From Asterionella formosa (lineage: Eukaryota): a DNA stretch of 47,350 nucleotides. Where the stretch lies: NCBI GenBank assembly GCA_002256025.1, contig NKIB01014125.1, forward strand, positions 1 to 47,350, in the 5' to 3' direction. Under the pieces are notes generated by a model. The model made no database searches. It was not told the origin of the DNA and saw nothing but the letters and a program-made list of their open reading frames with translations. Of this stretch, positions 24,701 to 35,420 are shown one piece after another; the stretch's first letter is position 1, and each line of letters begins with the position of its first letter. Position numbers and translations under genes: made by a program.

Positions 24701-26271
24701 GATTGAATTGGGTCATTTTCGGTAGGCTCTAGACGTATACTGATGAGATGGAAAGGAGGCGAAGTGAGAAATTATAATCAGAGAGAATAAAGTGCCACAC
24801 AAATGCATCGATCAACGTACAATGTGTCAAGACTAGGAGAATCACAAAAGTACAATTCTAAACCCATACGTTCATCCGAACTTATTTTGGAGAAGTCGCA
24901 AGTAGACGGGAGTCCAAACCTGGCAATCCGGGTCCACAGACCATCAGGACCATCCTTCCTCCAAGCTCCTGACACATCTATTCCATTGCACCGCCTTCGA
25001 GTAACACCGGGTTCAGAATAAAAATTGGAACCGTACTTGTAGCCAAGCTTGAGGAGCAGTATGTGGACTTGGCTGTTACTTAGCAGTTGATTGACTGCGG
25101 TAAACTCCGTTTTGCCTCGAAGGGCAACTACAATGGAATATCGGATCCATGATGATATCTGTTGTATCTCGTGCTCCAACCACTCTTCACCTTTGCAATC
25201 TACGCCATAGGCACATAGATTCCTGCGAAAGTCGGTCTCAGTAGAGAAATAGTCTTTTCCTTCAACATATTCTTTCAAAACTGGGTTTGTGACGCCAGGG
25301 TTGCAGTATTTGCCTCTAAGCATACAATAGCCAGCTTTGCGGAGTAGCTTGAAAATGTCCCTAAAACAACCTATTTTGATGATGTCATTGCATTCTTCAC
25401 CACTGGAGGGAGTCAATGTCAACGATTCTTGCGATGCCATCACCAAGGGCGACACCCTTATGGCACTCCTCAGAGTAATGGTGGACTCTTTCTTTTGAGG
25501 CGAAGGAGAAGTTGAGAACTGCGATACTGCTTTGGAAGAACTCACGTGTTTGGTATTTGGCCTTTGATAACGTTTATACGCCTTGATAGCGTAAGCGTTA
25601 CTTGGTGTCTTCTTTGCAAATGACTTAGAGCCAGTCAGAAGTGAAGCCACCTTCGTACTTGGTGGGACAATAGCAGGTTCGTAGCCCTGGATACAAGAGC
25701 TTGAGCTGATGCATTCAGTTCTAGTTCCAGCATCCTTTCTTGTTGCTGGCGCAGTAGCTTCGATGACGTTACGAGTTTTCGCTTTTCTCTTTTCCAAGGC
25801 CTTGGCGCCCTTCTTCGATTGCACCATTGCAGGAGGTGAAGGATGCTCGAATCCAGGATGGTCTTCAGCTCCGAAAGCTTGAAAATCTAGCAAGGTTGCA
25901 CTATCGACAGCTCCTCTCCATCCAGGAATATTCATGCAATCAACGTAGAGATCGCCTAGGGTCAAGGAAACTAGCTTCTGCTCGCCAAAGTCCGAAGAAA
26001 AAATAAGAATATTTCCATCCATACGGTCTACGCCCAACTTAATTGCGAGACTTTCGTTTGCTTTCGCGGAATCAGCGGAAAGCGCCTTGAACCACAGCCT
26101 AGCAATATGCCGAATGTCAGCGTCCGGGTATTTCACAGCGGTGTACCATTTCGAAAAGTGCGAAAAGCTATTGAAAATAGCGCACGGCCACCAAAGGTCG
26201 TTGCCATCTCCGCAACCTACGTTCAAGAAGGTTGTTGACAAGGGGTGCGAATTGCTTGAGGTCTCGCTCAT
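21798..26271 (-). CDS. Cdc6/Orc1-family AAA+ replication-licensing-like protein with long N-terminal extension; exons 26271-24821, 24739-22567, 22481-21798 (~1435 aa)
   Basis: Walker A YVSGASGVGKS, Walker B MIIDEIDYL, sensor-1 LIGISN, FGTYSKEDL, FAASKVAAAKGDVRLMLE, and a likely winged-helix tail. Introns 24820-24740 (GTACGT...CAG) and 22566-22482 (GTAAGT...CTAAT...CAG) both keep the frame. Joining exon 1 is less certain than joining exons 2-3. Confidence 0.8.
23608..23943 (-). repeat. Internal tandem duplication (177 and 159 nt) encoding two ~55-aa repeats in the Cdc6-like gene
   Basis: GMIIEANLVRCGFVASSVDAA...AELIKLNCE versus GTIIEANLSRCGFAASSVDAA...AELINCE. Confidence 0.93.
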
Positions 26272-26852
26272 TGTGACGGTTTCGATCAATGATACGCAAC
26301 GGGCGAGGGAAAAAGTAAGAGATAATTGACTAGAACTGATGAGTGCGGACGACGATGAGCAAATGCTGTTCTATTTTTACCTTTACCACGTAGAAGAAAG
26401 CAATTTCATTTTTTTGGCGCGGCCCTCAAAATGTTTGTTGTTGTTGTACAGTGGGGAACCAAACTCACTCATGTGCATTTTCTGGTCGGTTTCTTCAATA
26501 TCCCATTAAAAAAATTGTCCGACAGACAGGGCAAGTCAGAGGGCGCGCCAAAAATTGTCGTCCCGGATTCTTGGACGGTTGAAAATACCTTATCGGATTC
26601 TTTCCGGCTAGGCTGATTTCAGTCTAATAGACTGGATTCAGTCTGGGTTTTCAATTCCTTGCCCCTACTGGGTAGATCAATTCAACAGATATTTCATTTC
26701 TGAAAAGTTAATCTAAATCTACAGAACTGTACTTATGCATGGCAATAAGCTTATAGGTTGAAAAAATTTCAGATACATCATGAGAAGCCCACCAGCCAAA
26801 AAAATCTCAAAAATGTTTGTGTGGGATGGTGGTGCGAAAACGAAAATTGACC

Positions 26853-28069
26853 ATGGGCGAAGGTGCCGTCGTTTCATGCCTATCAAAGTACATTCACCCC
26901 TCACTGTGGGTCCGAAATCATCATCTGAACATTGGAAAAGGTCATCAACTTGAAGGAATGACAGTTCTACGGAGGGAGCTCAATATTTTCGACAATGCCT
27001 CATTTCGGCTAAATCACCTCATGTCTCGTGATCAATTTGATTCAATTCTTAAGGTTATAGGCTATACAATTTGGCCAGCACCTGATTATCAGGACCATTT
27101 TCATGAATTTAGGGAAATGATTGAAGCATGGAATGAAAACATGCAAAATAATTTTAAGCCAGGGCACATTGTATGTTTATATGAATCAATGTCTACATGG
27201 ACAAACATGCATACCTGTCCTGGATTGATGTTTGTTACCTGAAAGCCTATGCCATTCGGAAATGAATAACACAAAGTTTGCTGTGGCAATACAGGAATCT
27301 GCTTGCAATGGATATAATTGAGGGAAAAGATGCTCCCCAATCACGACAATATCAAGAGTTTGATGATCTTGGTGGGAAGACTGTTGGCCTATTGCTTCGA
27401 CTCTCAAAATTGATTTGGGGGTCAGCAAGGATAATCATTCTTGACAGTGCATTTTTTGTACTAAATGGAACCATTAAATTAAGGAAGAAGGGATTGTATG
27501 CATCAGCACTGATAAAAAAACGCCGCTTCTGGCCAAAATACATATCCGAGGTGAAGAAATCAAGGCACACTTCGAAAGCCTTGAGTGTGGCTTTGCAGAT
27601 GCCTGGCCAGGAAACTAGACAATATACCCTTCCATATATATTGCATGAAGAACCAGACTACGTGATGTCTCTAATGTCTACGTATGGTAACTTAGAACCA
27701 ATTGGCAAGGTTTCAATGAGAAATTGGTTGGTACAAGGAACAAAGCGCCAAAAACAGGTTACATATACTGAGGTTATCCACAACCACTACAAGTTTCGGC
27801 ATGCTGTTGACGATCATAATACAAAGAGGCATTCCCCAATCATTTTGCAGGTCGTATGGGCGAAGAAATGGTGGCCAAATAGAGTGTTCGCATTCATCTT
27901 GTCAGTCACAGAAGTAAATGCCATGCTGGAATTTAAACACTTCTGCAAGGAGGAGTTTGATGGCATGCTCGGTTTTCGCAAGCTTTTGGCGGAGGCATTG
28001 GTTTGTAATCCTTATTACAAAGAAGAAGAAGAATCGCCTCGAAGGTCGTCGAGATTGAGTGGATTTTAA
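26853..28069 (+). pseudogene. piggyBac-like (DDE_Tnp_1_7-type) transposase relic
   Basis: MSRDQFDSIL, WNENM..F.PG..VCLYESMS.W, FVT*KPMPFGNE*H, IILDSAFFVL, ALIKKRRFWP, YKFRHAVDDHN..RHSPI, WPNRVFAF. Stops, frameshifts and catalytic D to Y. TTAA-flanked ends not found. Confidence 0.85.
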
Positions 28070-28486
28070 TGAGCCAACTTGTTTATTTGGCCTAGTTCAA
28101 AACAAAAGTTCCTTTCTGCACTTTCTCGCCAAAACTTAACTTCTGGGGCTATATGAAGATTACCTATGCACTTAGCTCCTACTAGAGTGCAATTTCAAAT
28201 ATTTGCCGAGCCGCCGGGTTGTATGACACATAAACTCTTGATGAGTGTACCAAGTGTCTACCAGCATACATATTAAATCTATGTATTTAGCAATTCAAAA
28301 AGGAATCCATGCATCTTTGTGCAAATTTCCAATGATTAGAATATTTCAAATAGAATCATGTCATTCAAAAATAGCTCATGAAAGTTCTTAGTTCCAGGGA
28401 ATTTCGGCAGCCCTAAGCAATATTTTAATTTTGCCTTAAGGTTGAAATGCAGGAACCTTGATTTATGTATCAAAACAAGTTAGATA

Positions 28487-29814
28487 CTGTATACTACTTT
28501 ATTGCCTTGGACCCCCCTGTACATTTTCTTGAGGAGGAACCAAACACCCAATAATTTTCTTGACATAGACAATGTATCATGCTATTATTCTTTTGGTCCT
28601 CATAAGCACTAGTATATAATTATTTAGCTATTATGTTGCGATTCTTTTGTACATATAAAACACAAGAGAAGACAGGTAGTGGTTGTGAGCAGCTGGAAGG
28701 TCCGGTAATCAGCAAATTGCGCGCACTATATAATAAAAATTCCACTTAGCGGTTTCAACCTACTTTGTTGGAAGTCTGACTGGCTCACCATTTCCTAAAT
28801 GATGAAAAATCTCAAAATATTTCCATGCATTTATATTACCTGTAACCGTTATAAAGTTTCAAACGGAAAAGCGCTGCCACCTTTCACTGCAGAATCGCTG
28901 AATACCAACTTCAACTTGCTGACTGCGGACTTCTTGTTGCTAACTGCTGACTTTATTTGCTGAAATTTTGAAAAATTCGCTGACTGCTGACTTCATTTGC
29001 TGACTACTGACATGAAATCGTTGACTGACAACTTCAACTTGCTAATGTCAAGCAATTTACTTTGTACATAGGAAGAGACCACCAACTACCGGTACCAGTG
29101 TACAAATCGTGTCGGCTGACGGCTGACTGCAATTTACTGACTGCTGACTTCAGATTCATTTTAGCAATAAAACGACTTATGACTTAATGTCTGTGTAAAC
29201 AACTTTTCAAAGAATAACGGAGTGGCGCAAATTTAGGGTTTCGACAATTTTTGTGGGTGTACCCCTGCTTTTTCTCGCATGTGAATTGATGAACAGAAAA
29301 CGAGCAACCTGCACGCTATGTGCGCTGATTACTGGACCTTCCTGGAGAATCCTTCATCATGTTGTTGCAACCTTGACCATGATCAAAATACAAATTATCT
29401 CCACGAAAATTGAGAATGACACTTTGCTACTCGCTACTAGCAAGTAGCAAAGTAGTACCTCAATTAAGAACAACATGGAAAATACAAATGTAAAAGAAGT
29501 AAAGTAATAACACTATGTAATAATGACAGCAAAAATTGAGATTGCCTATAACAACATGAAGTCGGGTTCTTCTTGTGAGATGAAGTCGCGTTCTTCTTGC
29601 GAGGTGAAGAACTCTCTCATTTTTCACATCACGGAAATAATTGTAATGTTACAACATCTCAGAAAAGTGGGCGCTATCCTGTAGAACTAATGAATTTTAC
29701 TTAGGTTTAGTATTAGGGAAATCTCTTCATTGTCCCAAACCCCTTTAGGTGAAATGAGTCAAATTCAGTCATGGCAGTGTACATTGGAGGGGTCCAGGAC
29801 AATGAAGTATACAG
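28487..29814. mobile_element. Non-autonomous TIR element with TA target duplication (Tc1/mariner-type)
   Basis: Left end TA|ctgtatactactttattgccttggacccccctgtaca versus reverse complement of right end TA|ctgtatacttcattgtcctggacccctccaatgtaca. Confidence 0.75.
28696..29341. mobile_element. 646-bp MITE with 18-bp TIRs and CTG target duplication, nested in the TA element
   Basis: CTG|gaaggtccggtaatcagc ... gctgattactggaccttc|CTG (17/18 match). Internal ~20-nt (GCTGACT)-based repeats at 28905-29150. The empty site is present at ~8981-9010. Confidence 0.88.
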
Positions 29815-30500
29815 TACTCCTTTTATTTTACTTTCTCTTTTTTTAAATCCACATAATATCATGCATACCTAGGGATCTTGAATTTCCTCTTTCATCCTTA
29901 GCCATTGTAAAACTTAAACTGCAACTGTTGACTCAGACCCAACCTTGTTGGCTATATATCAGTTACCTGTCTCAATCTGTCAAACTGGTACACAGCCCAA
30001 ATGGAGACAGTAGAAATAGAGTGCGAAGTCCCACCACTTTTCTCCCAAGATTATACTTGAGTCACTTACATAGATAACCAAAACCGAAGCTGAATGAGCA
30101 TCTGTCATTACCTGGTACCAATTGCAGGGTAGCTGGTTTAACAATTCCTCTTTGTAAAACCCTCCTTCCTCCACCTAGACCAACCAAATAAAAGAAACTC
30201 TCATGCAACCACCTGTCCAATTTCTTTTATTCCATTCCTCTAGCCTTGACCTCACATAATTCCCCTCCATTTTACTTCTTGTTAAAAAGGAGCCAAAAAC
30301 TTCAGTAGCCAAAACAGTGGGAGGCTTTGCTTCACATCCATGTAGTAGTCAGTCATAGTCAGGTTGGGCTTCCCTCCTTGCGCCACCTAGCTATTGTTCG
30401 CTTCCACCACATGGTATGGTACAAACATGGTCTGGTACACCCATGTTCTGGGCATGGGTGTTACTCCTTGCTGGCATATGCAGTGAAAGTTTGTCATGAC

Positions 30501-31319
30501 TTAAACAATTAAAGCAGTGAGAACCACTATCGGGTATGCGAATGGACCAACAAGCCTTCGAAAAACCCACCACAGCTTCTGGGAGTACTTTTTGACTGCA
30601 CTTGCGATGAAATTTATTGCCGCTACAAAACGCCTCCACTTTTCTGAACACGCAAGCCGCATCCTTTCATCATATTCGGCTTTCGACACTTCGTTCGATA
30701 AGATGGTGGCTGCTTCTTCCACAGCAATGAACGCTGCAGTTGCTCGATCGTCATTGTTCTTGTCTGGATGAGTCGCTTTGGATTTACTTCGATACGCACC
30801 CTTGATATGCTTGGGAGCGAGTTGAAAAAATGTCCAGGGGCCGAATGCTTTACCAAGGACTTGGAATGGGCCGACTCGGAACTCGATGTTTGTCAGGCCC
30901 AACACAGAGTAGTATTTTTCGTCAGAAGATGCTTTAAGGATCTTTTTCACCAACCTGGAATCCTTTCGTTTCTGTTTCATGACATTTTTTTTCTGGTCGG
31001 CGCTCATTTTTTGTAGCTTGGCATCAAAATCTGCTTGACGCTTCAGCCGAATCTGCTCGTGTTGCTCGGCCTCCGCTTGTTTCTCCTCTTGTCGCCGCAT
31101 CACTTCTTCCGCCTTTCGGGCGGCTTCTTGTTCGATCCTCAAATCTTCGGGGTCTCGGTAAGGATCCTCATAGTATTGCTCTCCATAAGACCTTCGTTCG
31201 TCTTCCAGCACTTCCCGGACGTATTCGTCGTAATCGCCTTCGTGGGCGAAGCTGTGACGAGATAAAAAGATCAAAGCCAACGTTGCAGCGAGGATTGGAA
31301 ATATTCTCTGCTTTCTCAT
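30501..31319 (-). CDS. DnaJ/Hsp40 J-domain protein with signal peptide, coiled coil and C-terminal hydrophobic anchor (~272 aa)
   Basis: ATG at 31319 (MRKQRIFPILAATLALIFL), YYSVLGL...IKGAYRSKSKATHPDKN...AFIAVEEAATILSNEVSKAEYD, C-terminal FAYPIVVLTALIV. Confidence 0.88.
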   Translation of the reverse strand: MRKQRIFPILAATLALIFLSRHSFAHEGDYDEYVREVLEDERRSYGEQYYEDPYRDPEDLRIEQEAARKAEEVMRRQEEKQAEAEQHEQIRLKRQADFDAKLQKMSADQKKNVMKQKRKDSRLVKKILKASSDEKYYSVLGLTNIEFRVGPFQVLGKAFGPWTFFQLAPKHIKGAYRSKSKATHPDKNNDDRATAAFIAVEEAATILSNEVSKAEYDERMRLACSEKWRRFVAAINFIASAVKKYSQKLWWVFRRLVGPFAYPIVVLTALIV

Positions 31320-31704
31320 TTTGTCTAATTTCCACGGAAGCCGTTTAATCTGCGGCAATATCCGGAATGAATGATGAGGATACCGGTGTTGACGATGCTT
31401 TGATATAAGGAGGCTGGAAGATTTCCGGGACTTTTCCCAAAACGGATGAAACACGAAAACTATTACCCGGTAGTAAATTCAACTGCCCAAAGGCACTTGA
31501 ACTTGATTGGACCACTATACTATACTCTTAGAGTAGCCTGTATTGCACCAGACTATATCTAATCCGTATTCATAACTGTATAGGAATACATGTGATCCTC
31601 AAAATTACAGCCCACCAATAGCTGTTGAATAATTTGTTCACTTAACTTGCCAATTTCGCATCCATAAACTTGAATTGTCAGAATGAGTAAGAAAAATACA
31701 TGCA

Positions 31705-32280
31705 ATGAGACTAAAAGGCTTGCCAAACTACCTTGCGGATGTCTTGTATGCCAAGGATCATATACCAGCAGATGTTGAAGATAAGGTAGCCCAAGGAATT
31801 CTGAATGCTTTGGACAAATTGAAAAAGACATCTGTTGACCGACATTTGGCTAAATTGACTGGTACAAGTGCACTCCAATATCGTCCAGAGATAAGATATG
31901 AGGTTCACTTTTGTGGTCTTTCAAAATTCTTCAAGTTAATTGGTGATTATGAGTCACTGTTGATGCTTAGGGACAAATGTCCTACAAACTGTCCATCCAT
32001 GAAAGTAGAATCCCTTGTAATGTATTTATGGTGGAAATGCAATGTTTCTAGTATGACATTAGTGGATCTTGGTGGAAAGGAAGTGAATGATGTCACTGTG
32101 CATCTTATAAAATGTCATGGGGATTGGAATGCCCCTGAAAAGCATAAGAGATTTCGTACTGCAGTATGGTGCATTCATAAGGCTCACAATCAAACTGGTA
32201 ACTACATACAGGCTTGTCAAGATTGTCGTGATACAACTCAGTCTTTACAGATTGTTTGGATAGAATTCGAACTTGCTTAA
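31705..32280 (+). pseudogene. Truncated ORF resembling the N-terminal part of stramenopile Crypton-like (tyrosine recombinase) element proteins
   Basis: Pattern FF.LIGDYESLLML...CPSM...K...L.D.GG..V.DV...C.GDW.AP...H...G.Y...C.DC, recalled from oomycete/diatom repeat proteins. No catalytic R-H-R-Y region is visible. Confidence 0.35.
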
Positions 32281-32821
32281 ACGTCAATCTCGCTCAAACT
32301 TAAGCAGCAAATGAACTTCTGATTACATTATGGGTAAGGGGTGTCTTTTCAGTCCACCGGTAGCTGGATGGAGGGGAGCAAACACAACGACAGTGTTCAG
32401 AAGCAAAATTTTCTCCCGGAAAACCTAAACATTGCCAGCCACCCATCAACTGTGACATAGGACGACAAAAATTTAATGAAAAATTTAATTATGCAAGCAA
32501 CAAGTACAACAAATCTCTGACAATTTGACGACAATAATCATGCCATCTTCCCCTCATTTGTTATTGTGTACTTGTGAAACAGATAGAATCGGATAGTCGC
32601 TAGCCTATTGTAAGCGATTTTAATTGTAGATACTACATTCATTTAGATATTATTGCTGCATTCTGAGAAGTTACAACGGAATCCTACGTTTAGGTAACTT
32701 TGGAAATAAGTTACTACCTAATAAGCACCAAACGCTGATTTACTTTCAACTGAAGCACCAAACGCTTTTTCACTTTTAACTTAAGCAGCAACATTCATGA
32801 GCACAAGCCAAGCCTCCTCAG

Positions 32822-33191
32822 TTTTATTGATATATTGTGTGTTACAATCGTTCTCGTGTGTTTGATGCTCGTTCTATTCTACCACACAAAATATGTCCTT
32901 CTTCATAATATATCATATATACTACCTGGGACATCCGGAAAACGTGCTCAAAACCGTTTAACGGCAACATTTAGGGGGTTTAAATTTTTTTACCTGACTA
33001 TCCAGAACCTAAAATATATATTGAGAGCGCGTCCTTGCCCCCAAAATATTGCCGTTAAACGGTTTTAAGCACGTTTTCCGGATGTCTCAGGTAGTATATA
33101 TGATATATAATAAAGAAAGACATATTTTGTGTGGAATAGAACGAGCATCAAACACACGAGAACGATTGTAACACACAATATATCAATAAAA
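32822..33191. repeat. Palindrome with ~155-bp arms and 59-nt spacer
   Basis: 32822-32978 is the near-perfect reverse complement of 33038-33191. A diverged partial third copy lies at ~33281-33360. Confidence 0.95.
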
Positions 33192-34525
33192 ATTGGGAAT
33201 TAATTTTTTGGCAATAAAATTGCAGATTTTAGCATGAGAGCAAGAAAGACGGTTGAGAAGATGATATAACATAGAAATACATATTTTGAGTGGTAGAACG
33301 AGCATCAAACAAAAGAGAATTATTGTAACTTACAATTTCAATAAATATCAATAAAAATTGAACATGATGTTTGGAGCAACCAACAATGTATGATATGCAA
33401 TGGAAAAAGGATGTCATGTAGAAATAAATAAAATTTGTTTTGGGTTGGAAATGAAGTAAAAAGTATCAGTTTCCATCTCGATTTATGCATTTCCTAGTAC
33501 TTACACAGGCAGGGCAGTATTGACTTTCCATCACACAATCGAAGGACAAATAACAAAGAAAAGAAATAGAAACCCTGAACCCAATTGATATCTGTATTTT
33601 TTATAGAGTAGATGATTTGGTCATTGGAACCATTCACATACTAGCTGTAAAGTAGAATCCAATTAGCAGTCATCCTTCTACTGCCCCAATCAACAGCCAA
33701 ACAACCCTCAACAAATGGTTCTTTGCTTGATAGCCAGGCCACTCCTGTATCAGCTCCACAAATTGAATCAGCCATTATTGTTTAATATTGAACATGGCTT
33801 GCGATACGAACTCTGAATACAAAGATCGCAAACCAAGTTAGCTAGTACAAGAAAAGCATCATTGCTTAGCGGCAATATTGACATCATGGTCAACTTCTCT
33901 AGAAATGAACAAATAAGATCAACAATAATACATCTTTAAAGAGTAGGCATTGATACAGACATCGGTCCTTGCTTAGATAGATAAAATCAAACCAAAACAC
34001 CAGTACAGAACGACTAAAAATGACGGAAGCGATCAAAATAGAGAATAGAAGCAATCAAATCGCAAATCAGACAAATAACATCTACATACCACATTCTGTA
34101 CTTCAGTACTCACCGATCTGCTGTAACTAGCATAACACGCAACGAATGAGAGGATCAATCAAAAGTCGAAAGGTTCCTGATGGAAGCCCGAAATGAGCAA
34201 CAACAGCAGATAGGGTAGAGTGAGAATTATAATTGTGAGAACGAGATCGGGCATAAGTAAAATCAATGAATAGTGGGCGTGCTCTGATAATAAAAAATTA
34301 TTATATCATGTGCATTATAAAAAAAATCGTTTTACCAATTATCCCAAAATTTGTGTTTTTGTTGACCGAATTCGGTAAACCTGGTAAGCAGGTGCCAATG
34401 CACAACAAACTTTGTCTGCCTCAACTCAATGTCAAACACCAAAAAAACATTGGTAGTAGTAGTGATGATGAATGACCTTAAATTAATTCATTCTAATATA
34501 ATGTGAAAGAAGTGGTGGTAAATAA

Positions 34526-35420
34526 TCATGAATGAATAAATTCTATGAATTTCATCATGGCATATCTATTTGCATTCCTATGCAAATAGGGCATATACAC
34601 TGAAGCAATTTGGTTCTGACCAACTTTGCAAGCACGAAAGTTGTAGAGCAATACAATCATTGTTTGGAGAATTAATTTTCTCTCACCCTTTTCTTCATAA
34701 CGAAATTTGTCTTTGATTCTCGGAAATGATCCCTGAAGGCATCGCATTCCCCATTATGACAGCTGTTGGATTGAGGTGGCTTGGCGATTCATACCAAATC
34801 TTTGTTGAGGATTACCATTTGCATCAATATTATTTTGATGCGATTTCAACATTGCATTTGATTTCTTAGATGCAAATGCTGAATCCACAGTTACATTTTT
34901 GCCTGTATCCCTGTAAACTGTTTCAATCTGATCATAGATCGATGACCAAATTTCCATGGTGGAGTCATGTAGAGCACCAGGTGAATTGAAATATGAGCAG
35001 CGAATTTTTCCATCAGGTGAAAAAAGAAACAAGTTTGTCACATAGTGTTCATGAGTCCATCCATTGTAGAAGTTGTTCTGCTGTGTTTCATTTCCAGCCC
35101 GTTGCAGGGTCAGTTTCAGACCATCCATTGCTCCCCAACAATTTGTTATAAGTGGGTATTTCTGATTGATCATGGTTGCAAACAAGGTGGCTTCGTCTGC
35201 AGTAGGCAGTCTCACAACGGCATCTTCATGTGTGAGCAGTACTTTTAGCTACAATCATTTGCCTTGAAAACCTCAACCAAACACTCAAAGAACCATGAGT
35301 TAATCCGAAAATAATCTGAAGAATCATGTAGGAACCACGAGTTCTGGTCCATGCTACTAACCCAAGCGCTAGACAACTGATGGAAGCAACAGAGATATCT
35401 TTGCCGACCTTTCTTGGTTG
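34526..35420 (-). pseudogene. PIF/Harbinger (DDE_Tnp_4-type) transposase relic
   Basis: WTRTRGS..LQIIFGLT...WLRF, CWGAMDGLKL, FYNGWTHEHYVTNLFLFSPDG, PGALHDS, VDSAF, ATSIQQLS*WGMRCLQGSFPR, LLYNFR..VGQNQI. One in-frame stop plus 5' frameshifts. Confidence 0.9.

Noticed and set aside
26600..28450. piggyBac TTAA-flanked terminal repeats
   Set aside because: No matching inverted pair next to TTAA could be identified.
31320..31454. N-terminal extensions of DnaJ (and of SF3A3, 42382-42519) in the ORF track
   Set aside because: They begin at non-ATG codons; the downstream ATGs give a proper signal peptide or a plausible start.
32723..32790. 30-nt periodic repeats as a CRISPR array
   Set aside because: The intervening sequences resemble each other, there are only 2-3 units, there are no cas genes, and the context is eukaryotic.
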